Part shown: in pieces, positions 1 to 8,322 of the stretch
How the letters are laid out: every line of letters starts with the position of its first letter
How positions within the stretch are numbered: position 1 is the first letter of the stretch
Notes under the pieces: generated by a model
Databases searched by the model: none
What the model was told of the DNA's origin: nothing
The model's input: only the letters and a program-made list of their open reading frames with translations
NCBI GenBank assembly: GCA_043813365.1
Contig: JBDRLB010000030.1
Span: 1 to 15,589, forward strand
Direction: 5' to 3'
Length of the DNA: 15,589 nucleotides
DNA from: Candidatus Micrarchaeota archaeon
GTDB lineage: Archaea > Micrarchaeota > Micrarchaeia > Norongarragalinales > SBBD01
Made by a program: the position numbers and the translations under genes

Positions 1-23
1 CTCCATACCTATCGGTTATTTTA

Positions 24-130
24 CGCATATTTATAATACTTCGCATTGTTGTTTACGAACGCATACAAATAATACAAAGCATACTCATTGCATGCTTCCG
101 TTCAAAAAGCCCGTCGCATACGTTTATAAT
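24..130. promoter_or_regulatory. AT-rich upstream region of csl4 with phased (C)GCAT repeats and two TTTATAAT TATA-like boxes
   Basis: GCAT occurs at 25, 43, 61, 79 (18-bp spacing) and at 116. TTTATAAT occurs at 30-37 and 123-130, each shortly after CGCATA. CTCCAT at 1-6 could be the start of a divergent minus-strand gene. Confidence 0.45.
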
Positions 131-184
131 CGTTGGTTACGGAATAAATACGCTGAAATAATCACACTGATTTTGGGTGTTATA

Positions 185-781
185 ATGGCTAAAGAAATCG
201 TTACGCCCGGCGAACTGCTGGGAATGGAGGAGGAGTTCTTCGGGAATGAAAAAACGTTTGCCGAGGAGGGAAGCGTTTACTCTCTCGTTCTGGGGGAGAA
301 GAAGATGCTGAACAAGCAGGTGCAGGTAGTTTCCCCAAAATTTGCCCGCCAATTGCAGAAGGACGATATTGTCGTGGGAAGGGTGGAGGATTTATACGAC
401 TCCGTTGCGCTCATAGTCATTCAAAGCGGCGATGAATTGGAAAGGTTGGCAAATGCCCCAAAAGCAGGCGTTTCTGCACCGGAAGCAGACGAGCGCAAGG
501 CAATTGGGAAAACATACACTTACTTGAGAATTACGGAAATCGCAAAGAACGCAGGCTACATAGAGAATTTCCGGCAGTTCATCAAAATCGGGGATATTGT
601 CCGGGCTAAGGTAATTGATGTTGCGCCTCTTGGCACATATCTCACAATCGCGGAGGAAAAACTCGGCGTAATCAAGGCGAGATGCTCAAGGTGCAGGGCA
701 AAACTTACGCAGCAGGATAGGGCAATGAGATGCCTCGAATGCGGCAACACTGAAAGCAGGAAGATGGCGGGTTCAAAATAA
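185..781 (+). CDS. csl4: Exosome complex RNA-binding protein Csl4
   Basis: N-terminal 'IVTPGELLGMEEEF', S1 domain (DDIVVGRV...IKIGDIVRAKVI...YLTIAEEKLGVIKARC) and C-terminal Zn ribbon CSRC...CLECGNTESRK. Start moved to ATG 185 (MAKEIVTPGE), where family similarity begins. Confidence 0.92.
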   Translation: MAKEIVTPGELLGMEEEFFGNEKTFAEEGSVYSLVLGEKKMLNKQVQVVSPKFARQLQKDDIVVGRVEDLYDSVALIVIQSGDELERLANAPKAGVSAPEADERKAIGKTYTYLRITEIAKNAGYIENFRQFIKIGDIVRAKVIDVAPLGTYLTIAEEKLGVIKARCSRCRAKLTQQDRAMRCLECGNTESRKMAGSK

Positions 782-786
782 CCTAA

Positions 787-1392
787 TCATACGACTAATT
801 TTATTTTCCCTTCTCTCAGCACGACCGGCTTTCCGGAAGAGCAGTCAACCACAGTCGAGGGCGGCTCCTTGGGAAGGTTTCCGGCATCAATGATAAGATC
901 GACCAGGTGGCCGAATATGCGAATGGCTTCCCTTGCGGAGTAGATTTCGCCTTCCCCCGATACATTCGCACTTGTCGCGGTAAGCGGATGGGGATAACTG
1001 CGCAATAATTTCCTGATAACGAGGTTTGAAGAGATCCGAATTGCAATTGTGTCGCTGCCGGACAGGTTTTCAGCCAATTTGAAGGGCTTCCTCTTTTTCA
1101 GCACCAATGTTAAGGGGCCAGGAATGTTCTTTTTTGCTACTATTTTCGCGCTTTCATTCATTACCGCGTATTTATCCAGCATGCGGGGGCTCGACACGAA
1201 AACCGATAGCGATTTCGACGCCTCCCTCCCCTTGATCCGGAATATCTTCTCAACCGCATTGTGGTTTGTTGCATCGCAAAGAAGCGCATAGCATGTTTCA
1301 GTTGGGGCAATGACAACGCCCGCCCTTGAGAGAACATATGCCGCTTCCGAAATGGAATTCGTGTCCTCATTGGTGACGATTTTGGCAACCAT
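787..1392 (-). CDS. tsaC: L-threonylcarbamoyladenylate synthase (YrdC/TsaC domain only, short Sua5-family)
   Basis: Motifs PTETCYAL, IFRIKGR, PGPLTLVL, TIAIR, TATSANVSG, PSTVVD and VLREG. At 201 aa it lacks the C-terminal SUA5 domain. Confidence 0.92.
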   Translation of the reverse strand: MVAKIVTNEDTNSISEAAYVLSRAGVVIAPTETCYALLCDATNHNAVEKIFRIKGREASKSLSVFVSSPRMLDKYAVMNESAKIVAKKNIPGPLTLVLKKRKPFKLAENLSGSDTIAIRISSNLVIRKLLRSYPHPLTATSANVSGEGEIYSAREAIRIFGHLVDLIIDAGNLPKEPPSTVVDCSSGKPVVLREGKIKLVV

Positions 1393-1465
1393 ACTTAATC
1401 AGTGCAAACAATAAGGAAGGCAGGCTTAATTAAACAGGATGGGGGGAGGAGGGCTTCGGTATTAC

Positions 1466-2026
1466 CTAAAAGAAATCCTTCACCACATCATTAATGCTCC
1501 TTTTGACGTTTTCATGCTTCTCCTCGTGCCACTTGATGAAATCCTCGACCAGCAGGATGGTCATGAGCACCACGAAATACACCAGCAAAGCTACGCCCTG
1601 CGATGTGATGAAATCGTATTTCATAAGCGGAGTCGGGAGGGGCAGGTCTGCGAAAGAGTAGCTGGCGTAGGAAAGTGGGTAGAAAAGCAGTATGCGGTAA
1701 TCGATGGAGTAAAACATGTCCATGATGAGGTGGCCGACGAGCATCACCATCACGACAAGCCAGAACTGCTGCATGAGTGTGCTGCGGGGCTTGCGGTTCC
1801 TTTCCAATCGGTAGGAGAAGTAGAAGAGTATGAGCGGAACGAGCACCACGAAGAAAATGTTGTGGAGGGGCTTGGCGTAATTGGGGTCAATGTTGAAGAA
1901 ATGGTCGAAATCAATTGCAACTGCAAATGCGGCTGCTGCGAAGACGAACCACATCCGGTGCTTCTTGTGCAAATCCAGCGCAAGCGCACCGATGACTGAG
2001 AAGACGAAGTGGAAAAGCGAATCCAT
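1466..2026 (-). CDS. Membrane-bound metal-dependent hydrolase, YdjM/DUF457-like
   Basis: Multi-TM protein with the pattern MDSLFH...IDFDH...PLHN...GHLIMD...LFYPL. Start placed at MDSLFH (2026), a family-typical N-terminus about 25 bp from a TATA box. The ORF track starts at 2065. Confidence 0.75.
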   Translation of the reverse strand: MDSLFHFVFSVIGALALDLHKKHRMWFVFAAAAFAVAIDFDHFFNIDPNYAKPLHNIFFVVLVPLILFYFSYRLERNRKPRSTLMQQFWLVVMVMLVGHLIMDMFYSIDYRILLFYPLSYASYSFADLPLPTPLMKYDFITSQGVALLVYFVVLMTILLVEDFIKWHEEKHENVKRSINDVVKDFF

Positions 2027-2048
2027 ATGAAGGAATAACGTGAGGTCG

Positions 2049-2056
2049 TTTAAATT
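2049..2056. promoter_or_regulatory. Palindromic TATA box (TTTAAA) centred between divergent start codons; probable bidirectional leaderless promoter
   Basis: TTTAAA at 2049-2054 lies 23-28 bp from ATG 2026 (minus) and 25-30 bp from ATG 2079 (plus). Confidence 0.55.
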
Positions 2057-2078
2057 CATTTCCATCCTATTCTATTTT

Positions 2079-2564
2079 ATGAAAACCGCATTGGTCATCG
2101 GAAGGTTCCAGCCTTTCCACAATGGCCATCTGGAAGCAATAAGGAAAATCATCAAGGAGAACGGCCGCCTGCTTCTTCTCATAGGAAGCACACAGGAAAC
2201 CCGGACGCAGAAGAACCCGTTTTCCGCAAAGGAGAGGGAGGGAATGATTATGGGGGTGCTGAAAGCGGAAGGCTTGTCATCCAAAACGCGCATAATCCTC
2301 CTTAATGATGAAAATAACCACGAGAGGTGGGCTGGAAGGGTGAAGGAGATCGCAAAAAAGGCGGATGTCGTCTATTCCGGCAACTGGCTAGTGCAGCACT
2401 TGCTTAAGGGGAAATATGAAATCCGCACGATGGCCTCCTCGGTGAAAATTTCAGCCACGAAGATCCGGGAAATGATCAGGAAGAACGATCCGGAATGGAA
2501 GAAATGGGTGCCGAAGGGAATCAGCAAGTACATTGTTGAAAATAAGCTGGAAAAAATCATATAA
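2079..2564 (+). CDS. nadM: Nicotinamide-nucleotide adenylyltransferase (archaeal NadM family)
   Basis: GRFQPFHNGH (HxGH), IGS...NPFSAKER, YSGNWLV, ISATKIRE and WKKWVP. Start at ATG 2079 (MKTALVIGRFQP). Confidence 0.9.
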   Translation: MKTALVIGRFQPFHNGHLEAIRKIIKENGRLLLLIGSTQETRTQKNPFSAKEREGMIMGVLKAEGLSSKTRIILLNDENNHERWAGRVKEIAKKADVVYSGNWLVQHLLKGKYEIRTMASSVKISATKIREMIRKNDPEWKKWVPKGISKYIVENKLEKII

Positions 2565-2571
2565 ATTGAAT

Positions 2572-3141
2572 TTACTGCTTGTTTTGATACCATTCCGCGA
2601 ACTTCCGGACCGCCTTCGCACGGTGGGAAATCTCCGCCTTCTCCTGCTTGCTCATCCGGCTGAACCTCACTTTCTTCCCTGAAGGGACGAAAATCGCCTC
2701 GTAGGGCAGTTTGGGGTTCTGGTACCTCTTTTCATCCGGCACCTGCGTTATTTCGCCCTTGCAGATCCCCTCGAATGTTTCCGTTTTTTCACCGTCGAAA
2801 TATGCGAGGATGGTTTTGAAGTATGCGCCACGGTTCTTTTCATGAAGCAGGCGGAGGATGCCGTCATAACCCAGTGAGCGGAAAACAAAAGAGGGAAAAA
2901 CGCCGGGAAAATTTTCATACGCTTTGAAATAAACCCCCGTATCCTCCGCAATAACAGGCGTTTTGCACATTCCAAACGCGGTTTTCGCTTTCTGCACCGC
3001 GACCTCCCCCTGGTTTTCAGAGCGGATCTCGTTGAGGTCGGCGTCAATGGGGACGACTTTAATCCCATATTCGGAGAGAATTTGGCCCACTTCAAATATT
3101 TTTTCCCTGTTGGAGGAGGCGAACGCGATTTCTTTTGCCAT
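2572..3141 (-). CDS. rdgB: Non-canonical purine NTP pyrophosphatase (RdgB/Ham1/ITPase)
   Basis: FASSNREK, EDTG, FPG, FEGICKGEI and EKAEISHRAKA. Its ATG directly follows the ATPase stop codon. Confidence 0.92.
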   Translation of the reverse strand: MAKEIAFASSNREKIFEVGQILSEYGIKVVPIDADLNEIRSENQGEVAVQKAKTAFGMCKTPVIAEDTGVYFKAYENFPGVFPSFVFRSLGYDGILRLLHEKNRGAYFKTILAYFDGEKTETFEGICKGEITQVPDEKRYQNPKLPYEAIFVPSGKKVRFSRMSKQEKAEISHRAKAVRKFAEWYQNKQ

Positions 3142-5913
3142 TCAATCATCCTCCTCTGCTGCAGCAGCTTTGGGTTTGTAGAAATACTTGATGATCTCCT
3201 CAACAATGAAAACGGAGGAGCCTACGAGGAAAATCATCGCCCATTCAAGGGGGAGGAGGGGAACAGTATAGAATATTGCCTCCAAAATGCCGGTCTGCAC
3301 AATCAGGATTTGTGAAACAAACCCTATCAGCACTGCTGCAACAAGGAAGCGGTTCTTGAAAACGCCAACCTCGAGGATTGGCGCCTTGTGCGCATGCCAG
3401 CTCAGGGCAATGAAAAGCTGGAAGAATATTATGGTGCTGAATGCGAGCGTGCGCGCCTTCTCCAGCGCAAGTTCATGGTCAGGAATCCCCGAATTCAGCC
3501 CCCACCAGAACATCGCCAGGGTTCCTATGGTGATCAGCGCACCGATCATCCCCAAACGGACCATGTCGTCCTTCGGGATCACCGGCTCGTCCGGTTTCCT
3601 TGGGGGCCGGCACATGATGTCCTTTGCCTTTGTGTCAGCAGCGAGCGCAAGCGCGGGAAGCGCATCCGTAGCGAGATTCATCCATAAAATCTGTATCGGC
3701 AGCAGCGGATAATCCCAGCCGATGATTATCGCGAGAAGGATCACCAGCACTTCCCCTATGTTGCACGAGAGCAGGTATTTCACCGCCTTCATTATGTTGT
3801 CGAAAAGTATGCGCCCTTCCTCCACGGCTGCAACAATGGAGGCGAAGTTGTCATCCGTGATCACCATGTCCGCGCTTTCCTTTGCGACATCGGTGCCGGT
3901 AATGCCCATTGCAACGCCGATGTCCGATTTCTTTATTGCGGGTGCATCATTCACGCCGTCTCCTGTCATCGCAACTGACTCTCCCTTCCTCTGCAGCGTG
4001 CTTACTATCCGCAGCTTATGTTCGGGGGAAACGCGCGCGTAAACGGCGACTTCCGACGCGATTTTCTCATACTCCGAATCGGGAAGGTCCTCGAGCTGCC
4101 TTCCGGTAAGCACCTTGTCGGTTTTCTCATCGAACATCCCCAGCTCCTTGGCGATCACTTTCGCGGTCAGCTCATTGTCGCCGGTGATCATCACTACCCG
4201 GATGCCAGCCTGCTTGCAAAGGGCGATCGCATCCCTCACCTCCTTCCTCGGAGGGTCCATCATCGCCATCAATCCTACGAAAACGAGCTCCCTTTCAACA
4301 TCTCCGATCTTGAATTCCCGGTTTCCGCTTGTTTTCAGGTTGCGGTAGGCGAACCCCAGCACGCGCAGCCCCTCGGAGGCGAAATCAGCATTTTTCCCTT
4401 CAATGGTTTGGCGCATTGCAGCATCCAATTTCACCTGCTTCCCATCCTTCAGGTAAAAGCCGCATTTTTCAATAAGCATTTCCGGTGCGCCTTTGGTGTA
4501 GGCGATGACGCCCGCCTCGTCCTCATCGTAAATCACGGACATCATCTTCCTTTCCGAATCAAATGTGAGCTCCTCGACCTTTTTGCGCGATTTTTTCTCC
4601 AGCAAATAGTCCATTCCCGCCTTTTTGGAAACAACCAAAAGGCATGCTTCAGTAGGATCGCCAAGTATGCCCGTGTCCGTCAGGGAGGCGTTGTTGCATA
4701 AAACAGCCGAATGGAAAAGCGGGGAAAAATTGGCCTCCTTGAGGGGGCTTAGCAATTTCTTGCCTTTTTCATCGGAAAATTCGCCCTCGGCGGAATATCC
4801 CTGGCCGCTAACGGAATATTCCCTGCCATTGGTGAAAATTTTCCTCACAGTCATCTCGTTCCTCGTAAGCGTGCCTGTTTTATCGGAGCAGATCACAGTT
4901 GCGGAGCCGAGCCCTTCGGCTGCGGACAACCTGCGAATAATTGAATTCCGTTTGGCCATGCGCTGCACGCCTATTGCAAGCGCGATTGTGACAACAGCGG
5001 GAAGCCCCTCGGGAATGGCTGCAACTGCAAGCGCTACGGAAACAAGGAAGAGCTGGAGGACGTCATGGAACTCGAAGCCGTTCCCCATTATTTCCCGGAT
5101 GAAGCCGATTGCAAAAACAAGCACGGTCGCGGCAATTGCCATTTTTCCAAGCTGTTTCCCCAGCTGGTCCAACTTGTGCTGGAGCGGGGTCTCCTCCTCC
5201 CCGATGGATTGCACCAAGGTAGCAATTTTCCCGATTTCCGTATTACCTCCGGTGAAGCAAACTACCGCCCGCGCCTCGCCTTTCGTGACCAGCGTACTCA
5301 TGAAGAGCATATTTTGCCTGTCGTTGATCACGGCTTTCACATCCAATTTCAGCTTGAAAGATTTGCCAACGGGATTGCTTTCGCCGGTGAGGCTGGATTC
5401 ATCTGCCTCAAGGTTGTGCGATTCGATCAGCCGCGAATCAGCGGGCACCTTGTCGCCCTCATGCAGGATGATGATGTCCCCCGGGACAAGCTCGGAGGTG
5501 TTTATCTCCATTTCCTTCCCATTCCGGACAACGTTTGCCTTTGGGAGCACCAGCCTCCTCAAAGCCTCGATTGCCTGGTTCGCCCGGTACTGCTGGAAGA
5601 CGCCGATAATGGCGTTGATTACAACGATTGCGATGATTGCAATGGAATCGAGGTATTCGCCCTCGTTTGTCATGTAGGTGGTGATTGCGGAAATGATTGC
5701 GGCAGCAATTAGCAGCAAAATCACGAAGTCCTTGAATTCGCCGATGAACATTTCAAAAAGGGTTGCCTTCTTCCGGGCCTTGAGGGTATTGGGTCCGTAT
5801 TGCTTCAATCGTAACTCAGCTTCCTCCTTGGAAAGCCCATCCTTCCCCACCTTAAAGGAGGACAGCGCCTCCTCAGCTGATATGGAGTGATAACTAGCAC
5901 TGCTTTCGGGCAT
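3142..5913 (-). CDS. Cation-transporting P-type ATPase, type IIA (SERCA-like, likely Ca2+)
   Basis: LTGES, AIPEGLP, CSDKTGTLT, KGAPE, MITGDN, MTGDGVNDAPA, SCNIGE and LWMNLATD, with about 10 TM segments. Confidence 0.95.
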   Translation of the reverse strand: MPESSASYHSISAEEALSSFKVGKDGLSKEEAELRLKQYGPNTLKARKKATLFEMFIGEFKDFVILLLIAAAIISAITTYMTNEGEYLDSIAIIAIVVINAIIGVFQQYRANQAIEALRRLVLPKANVVRNGKEMEINTSELVPGDIIILHEGDKVPADSRLIESHNLEADESSLTGESNPVGKSFKLKLDVKAVINDRQNMLFMSTLVTKGEARAVVCFTGGNTEIGKIATLVQSIGEEETPLQHKLDQLGKQLGKMAIAATVLVFAIGFIREIMGNGFEFHDVLQLFLVSVALAVAAIPEGLPAVVTIALAIGVQRMAKRNSIIRRLSAAEGLGSATVICSDKTGTLTRNEMTVRKIFTNGREYSVSGQGYSAEGEFSDEKGKKLLSPLKEANFSPLFHSAVLCNNASLTDTGILGDPTEACLLVVSKKAGMDYLLEKKSRKKVEELTFDSERKMMSVIYDEDEAGVIAYTKGAPEMLIEKCGFYLKDGKQVKLDAAMRQTIEGKNADFASEGLRVLGFAYRNLKTSGNREFKIGDVERELVFVGLMAMMDPPRKEVRDAIALCKQAGIRVVMITGDNELTAKVIAKELGMFDEKTDKVLTGRQLEDLPDSEYEKIASEVAVYARVSPEHKLRIVSTLQRKGESVAMTGDGVNDAPAIKKSDIGVAMGITGTDVAKESADMVITDDNFASIVAAVEEGRILFDNIMKAVKYLLSCNIGEVLVILLAIIIGWDYPLLPIQILWMNLATDALPALALAADTKAKDIMCRPPRKPDEPVIPKDDMVRLGMIGALITIGTLAMFWWGLNSGIPDHELALEKARTLAFSTIIFFQLFIALSWHAHKAPILEVGVFKNRFLVAAVLIGFVSQILIVQTGILEAIFYTVPLLPLEWAMIFLVGSSVFIVEEIIKYFYKPKAAAAEEDD

Positions 5914-5959
5914 AATTAACCGAATAAGTTAAAATCGGGCGATTTTTATTTGTATTCTA

Positions 5960-6892
5960 TTAGTGTGCAACGGTTTTCGTGCCGATTTCCTTCATTGATT
6001 TCCAGAAAAAGAACGCAATAATGGCAATGGTGGCCACTGGTGAAAGCCAGTTCGGAATTTCAGCACCGAAAGCATCAAGCACCATGATGGTTCCGAGTAT
6101 GAGGATGGAATACATCGCACCGTTCTTGAGGTATTTGTATTTCTGCACGTTCTCGATGTTCCTTATTGTAAGCTCACGGACAACGAATGCGCCAATGCCG
6201 TTCCCGATGAGAATTAACGGGACAGCGAAGGTGAATGCGAATGCGCCCACTACTCCGTCAATTGAGAATGAAGCATCAATTACTTCGAGGTAAAGGATTT
6301 TGCTCCAGTCGCCCATGCCCCCTCCTTTTTCAAGCATCTCCTTCTCCTTCAGCTCAGCATTCTGCCGGAAACCATGCACTATGAAGAATGCGGTTGAACC
6401 TATGACTGCTGAAAGCGCCATCATGGGATCGCGCTGGAGGCACTCGTAAACGATGAATGTGAGAAGAATGGATACGACCGCATAGAACCATACTCCCTGC
6501 TTCGAGAAGAATTTCTCACCATGGAGGCCGAAATTCTTCGGTTCCATGAAGAGCCAGTGGAAGAAAATGAAAATCAGGAAGATGCCGCCACCTACAAGAA
6601 GAATGGGTGCCGTATGTTCAATTGCCTCCACAACCGACGGGTCTGAAGAAAATGTTGCGGTAAGCGCGCCCATCAAACCGATTGAGGGGTTGGAAACATA
6701 TACAATCAGGAGTGGCAAAACCCCCCTTAATATGAAAACAGCGAAAAGAAGCCCCCAGAAAAGGAACCATCTCCTCGCCCATGCGGACATTTTCCGCAAT
6801 ATCTCTGCATTGATGACGGCATTATCAAATGAGCTTACGGTTTCAAAAAGCACCAGACCGATGATTGTAAGTAATACGGCGAAAAGATCCAT
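5960..6892 (-). CDS. DUF475 / TerC-superfamily integral membrane protein
   Basis: SSFDNAVINA, LYLEVIDASFSIDGVVGAFA and YLKNGAMYSI motifs. Start at ATG 6892, 22-28 bp downstream of a TTTTAAA box (6914-6920). Confidence 0.88.
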   Translation of the reverse strand: MDLFAVLLTIIGLVLFETVSSFDNAVINAEILRKMSAWARRWFLFWGLLFAVFILRGVLPLLIVYVSNPSIGLMGALTATFSSDPSVVEAIEHTAPILLVGGGIFLIFIFFHWLFMEPKNFGLHGEKFFSKQGVWFYAVVSILLTFIVYECLQRDPMMALSAVIGSTAFFIVHGFRQNAELKEKEMLEKGGGMGDWSKILYLEVIDASFSIDGVVGAFAFTFAVPLILIGNGIGAFVVRELTIRNIENVQKYKYLKNGAMYSILILGTIMVLDAFGAEIPNWLSPVATIAIIAFFFWKSMKEIGTKTVAH

Positions 6893-6968
6893 GCAATTAA
6901 ATTGCAAATCGGGTTTAAAATAGGGTAATAAGGTGCAAGAATAGCATCAGGAATTTTGAACGGGCGGG

Positions 6969-7352
6969 TTACTTCCTGCTCATTTTCTTATAGAGCTTCC
7001 CGTTGCCGTCGTTCAGGAGTTTCTTCCTGCCGAAATAGCCTATCCTCTCCAACTGCGCGTACTTCTTCCTTTCCTCCACGTCCGCCTTCATCTTCAGCTG
7101 CCTCTCCTTCCTTTTTGCAACTGCTTCCTCAACATCCTCCGGGCCTAAAGAGTACACTAAGTAGTTGGAGAAAGTCAGCTGGGCGCTGCCAACGCGTGCC
7201 TTGACGCCCTTCAGCTCTTCGGTGGATACGGTTTTCAAAACAACGTTAGTATTGCATTCACCGCATACCTTATGCTTCATGCTAGCGTCCCAAACTTGTT
7301 TAGAGTTGCAGGAACCGCATTTCACAATGAAGACCTTAATGGATTCGTTCAT
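6969..7352 (-). CDS. Hypothetical Zn-ribbon protein with basic/charged helical tail
   Basis: CGSC-x14-CGEC followed by a K/R/E-rich helix. ATG 7352 is preceded by SD-like AAGGTGGG. GTG 7361 is the alternative start. Confidence 0.65.
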   Translation of the reverse strand: MNESIKVFIVKCGSCNSKQVWDASMKHKVCGECNTNVVLKTVSTEELKGVKARVGSAQLTFSNYLVYSLGPEDVEEAVAKRKERQLKMKADVEERKKYAQLERIGYFGRKKLLNDGNGKLYKKMSRK

Positions 7353-7445
7353 ACAGCCCACCTTGCATAAGCATTGCTAATTAAAGCCAATTTTACCACT
7401 GAGGAGCAGTATATTTATGGCATATCCAATATATATACTTTCCGA

Positions 7446-7484
7446 ATTTGCCCCCATAGTGATATAATGAACATGGGGTAAAAT
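7446..7484. repeat. Imperfect inverted repeat in the divergent intergenic region
   Basis: ATTTGCCCCCAT (7446-7457) and ATGGGGTAAAAT (7473-7484) are 10/12 complementary, with a 15-bp spacer. Confidence 0.5.
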
Positions 7485-7635
7485 CAGCAAATAAATGGCT
7501 CATCAATAGTTTGGAGACCCCCGGCTAATAATTGTTCGGTTTAACTTAGGCGTGCAATAGGAAAGCCCTCCATTCTGCACTTTTTCAAACAATTTATTAA
7601 TCTTTTCGCGTTCAAATGAGGAGAGGGGAGATGAC

Positions 7636-8262
7636 ATGTACAAGAAAATATTCTACGGATTGATTGTGGCGATCGTTTTGTTCGGGCTGATTTTCATCGG
7701 CTCATCATTTTTCGGGGGAGGGACGCCAGCGGCTGCAAATGCAACGGCAACACCTGGGCCTTCATTCCAGGTTACGGTAACAAAAGTGGCAGGTGGGAAC
7801 ATGGCTGTTGAGAAAGGGGATACCGTTTCAGTGTGGTATTTGGGAACATTGGAGGATGGGTCCGTATTTGACACAAACATCATTGATGAGGCAAAGAAGG
7901 CGGGCACCTACGAAGCTTCAAGGCCGTATGAGCCCCTTACATTCCAGGTTGGGATTGGGCAGATGATCAAGGGATTTGATGATGGGGTAGTTGGAATGAA
8001 GGAGAATGAGACCAAAACCATTAAAATTGAAGCCAAGGATGCATACGGCACGCCCCAGCCGGAAAATATAGTTGATTTCCCAATAGATGATTTGCGGCAG
8101 AACGGCATTGATCCAGCTGTGGGGCTTTCTTTGAGCAACGGGATGAGCCAAGGAATCATCACAAAGGTCACGAACTCAACCGTGACCGTTGATTTCAACC
8201 ATTTCCTTGCAGGGAAGAACCTGATATTCAAGGTCACGATACAGAAATTGCAGAAAGGCTGA
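7636..8262 (+). CDS. slyD: FKBP-type peptidyl-prolyl isomerase (SlyD-like, with IF insert) carrying an N-terminal signal/TM anchor
   Basis: MYKK plus a hydrophobic helix and Ala/Thr/Pro linker, then KGDTVSVWYLGTLEDGSVFDTN, PLTFQVGIGQMIKGFD, AYG and VDFNHFLAGKNLIFKV. A purine-rich SD lies upstream. Confidence 0.9.
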   Translation: MYKKIFYGLIVAIVLFGLIFIGSSFFGGGTPAAANATATPGPSFQVTVTKVAGGNMAVEKGDTVSVWYLGTLEDGSVFDTNIIDEAKKAGTYEASRPYEPLTFQVGIGQMIKGFDDGVVGMKENETKTIKIEAKDAYGTPQPENIVDFPIDDLRQNGIDPAVGLSLSNGMSQGIITKVTNSTVTVDFNHFLAGKNLIFKVTIQKLQKG

Positions 8263-8276
8263 TTTTCCTTTTTTTT
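8263..8276 (+). terminator. Oligo-T archaeal terminator after the FKBP gene
   Basis: TTTTCCTTTTTTTT immediately follows the TGA, between convergent genes. Confidence 0.6.
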
Positions 8277-8322
8277 GAAGCGCAGCTAGGGATGAAATTC
8301 AAAGCCCGCCCTTATTGATTCC

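Noticed and set aside
24..130. Possible CRISPR array or mini-array
   Set aside because: The shared core is only 4-6 bp with an 18-bp period, far too short for repeat-spacer structure, and no cas genes are present.
92..184. 31-aa N-terminal extension of Csl4 in the ORF track
   Set aside because: It overlaps the TATA-containing promoter region, and family similarity starts at ATG 185.
1439..1999. His/Glu-rich 186-aa plus-strand ORF resembling a metal-binding protein
   Set aside because: Antisense to the hydrophobic YdjM-like gene. The His/Glu/Gln richness mirrors Val/Met/Phe/Leu codons on the other strand.
3287..5890. Long plus-strand ORFs (e.g. 4625-5677, 350 aa; 4018-4701; 5065-5712)
   Set aside because: Antisense shadows of the P-type ATPase with no recognisable motifs.
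7362..7635. Possible tRNA or structured ncRNA in the largest intergenic gap
   Set aside because: No cloverleaf, T-loop or C/D box arrangement recognised. It is best explained as divergent promoters.
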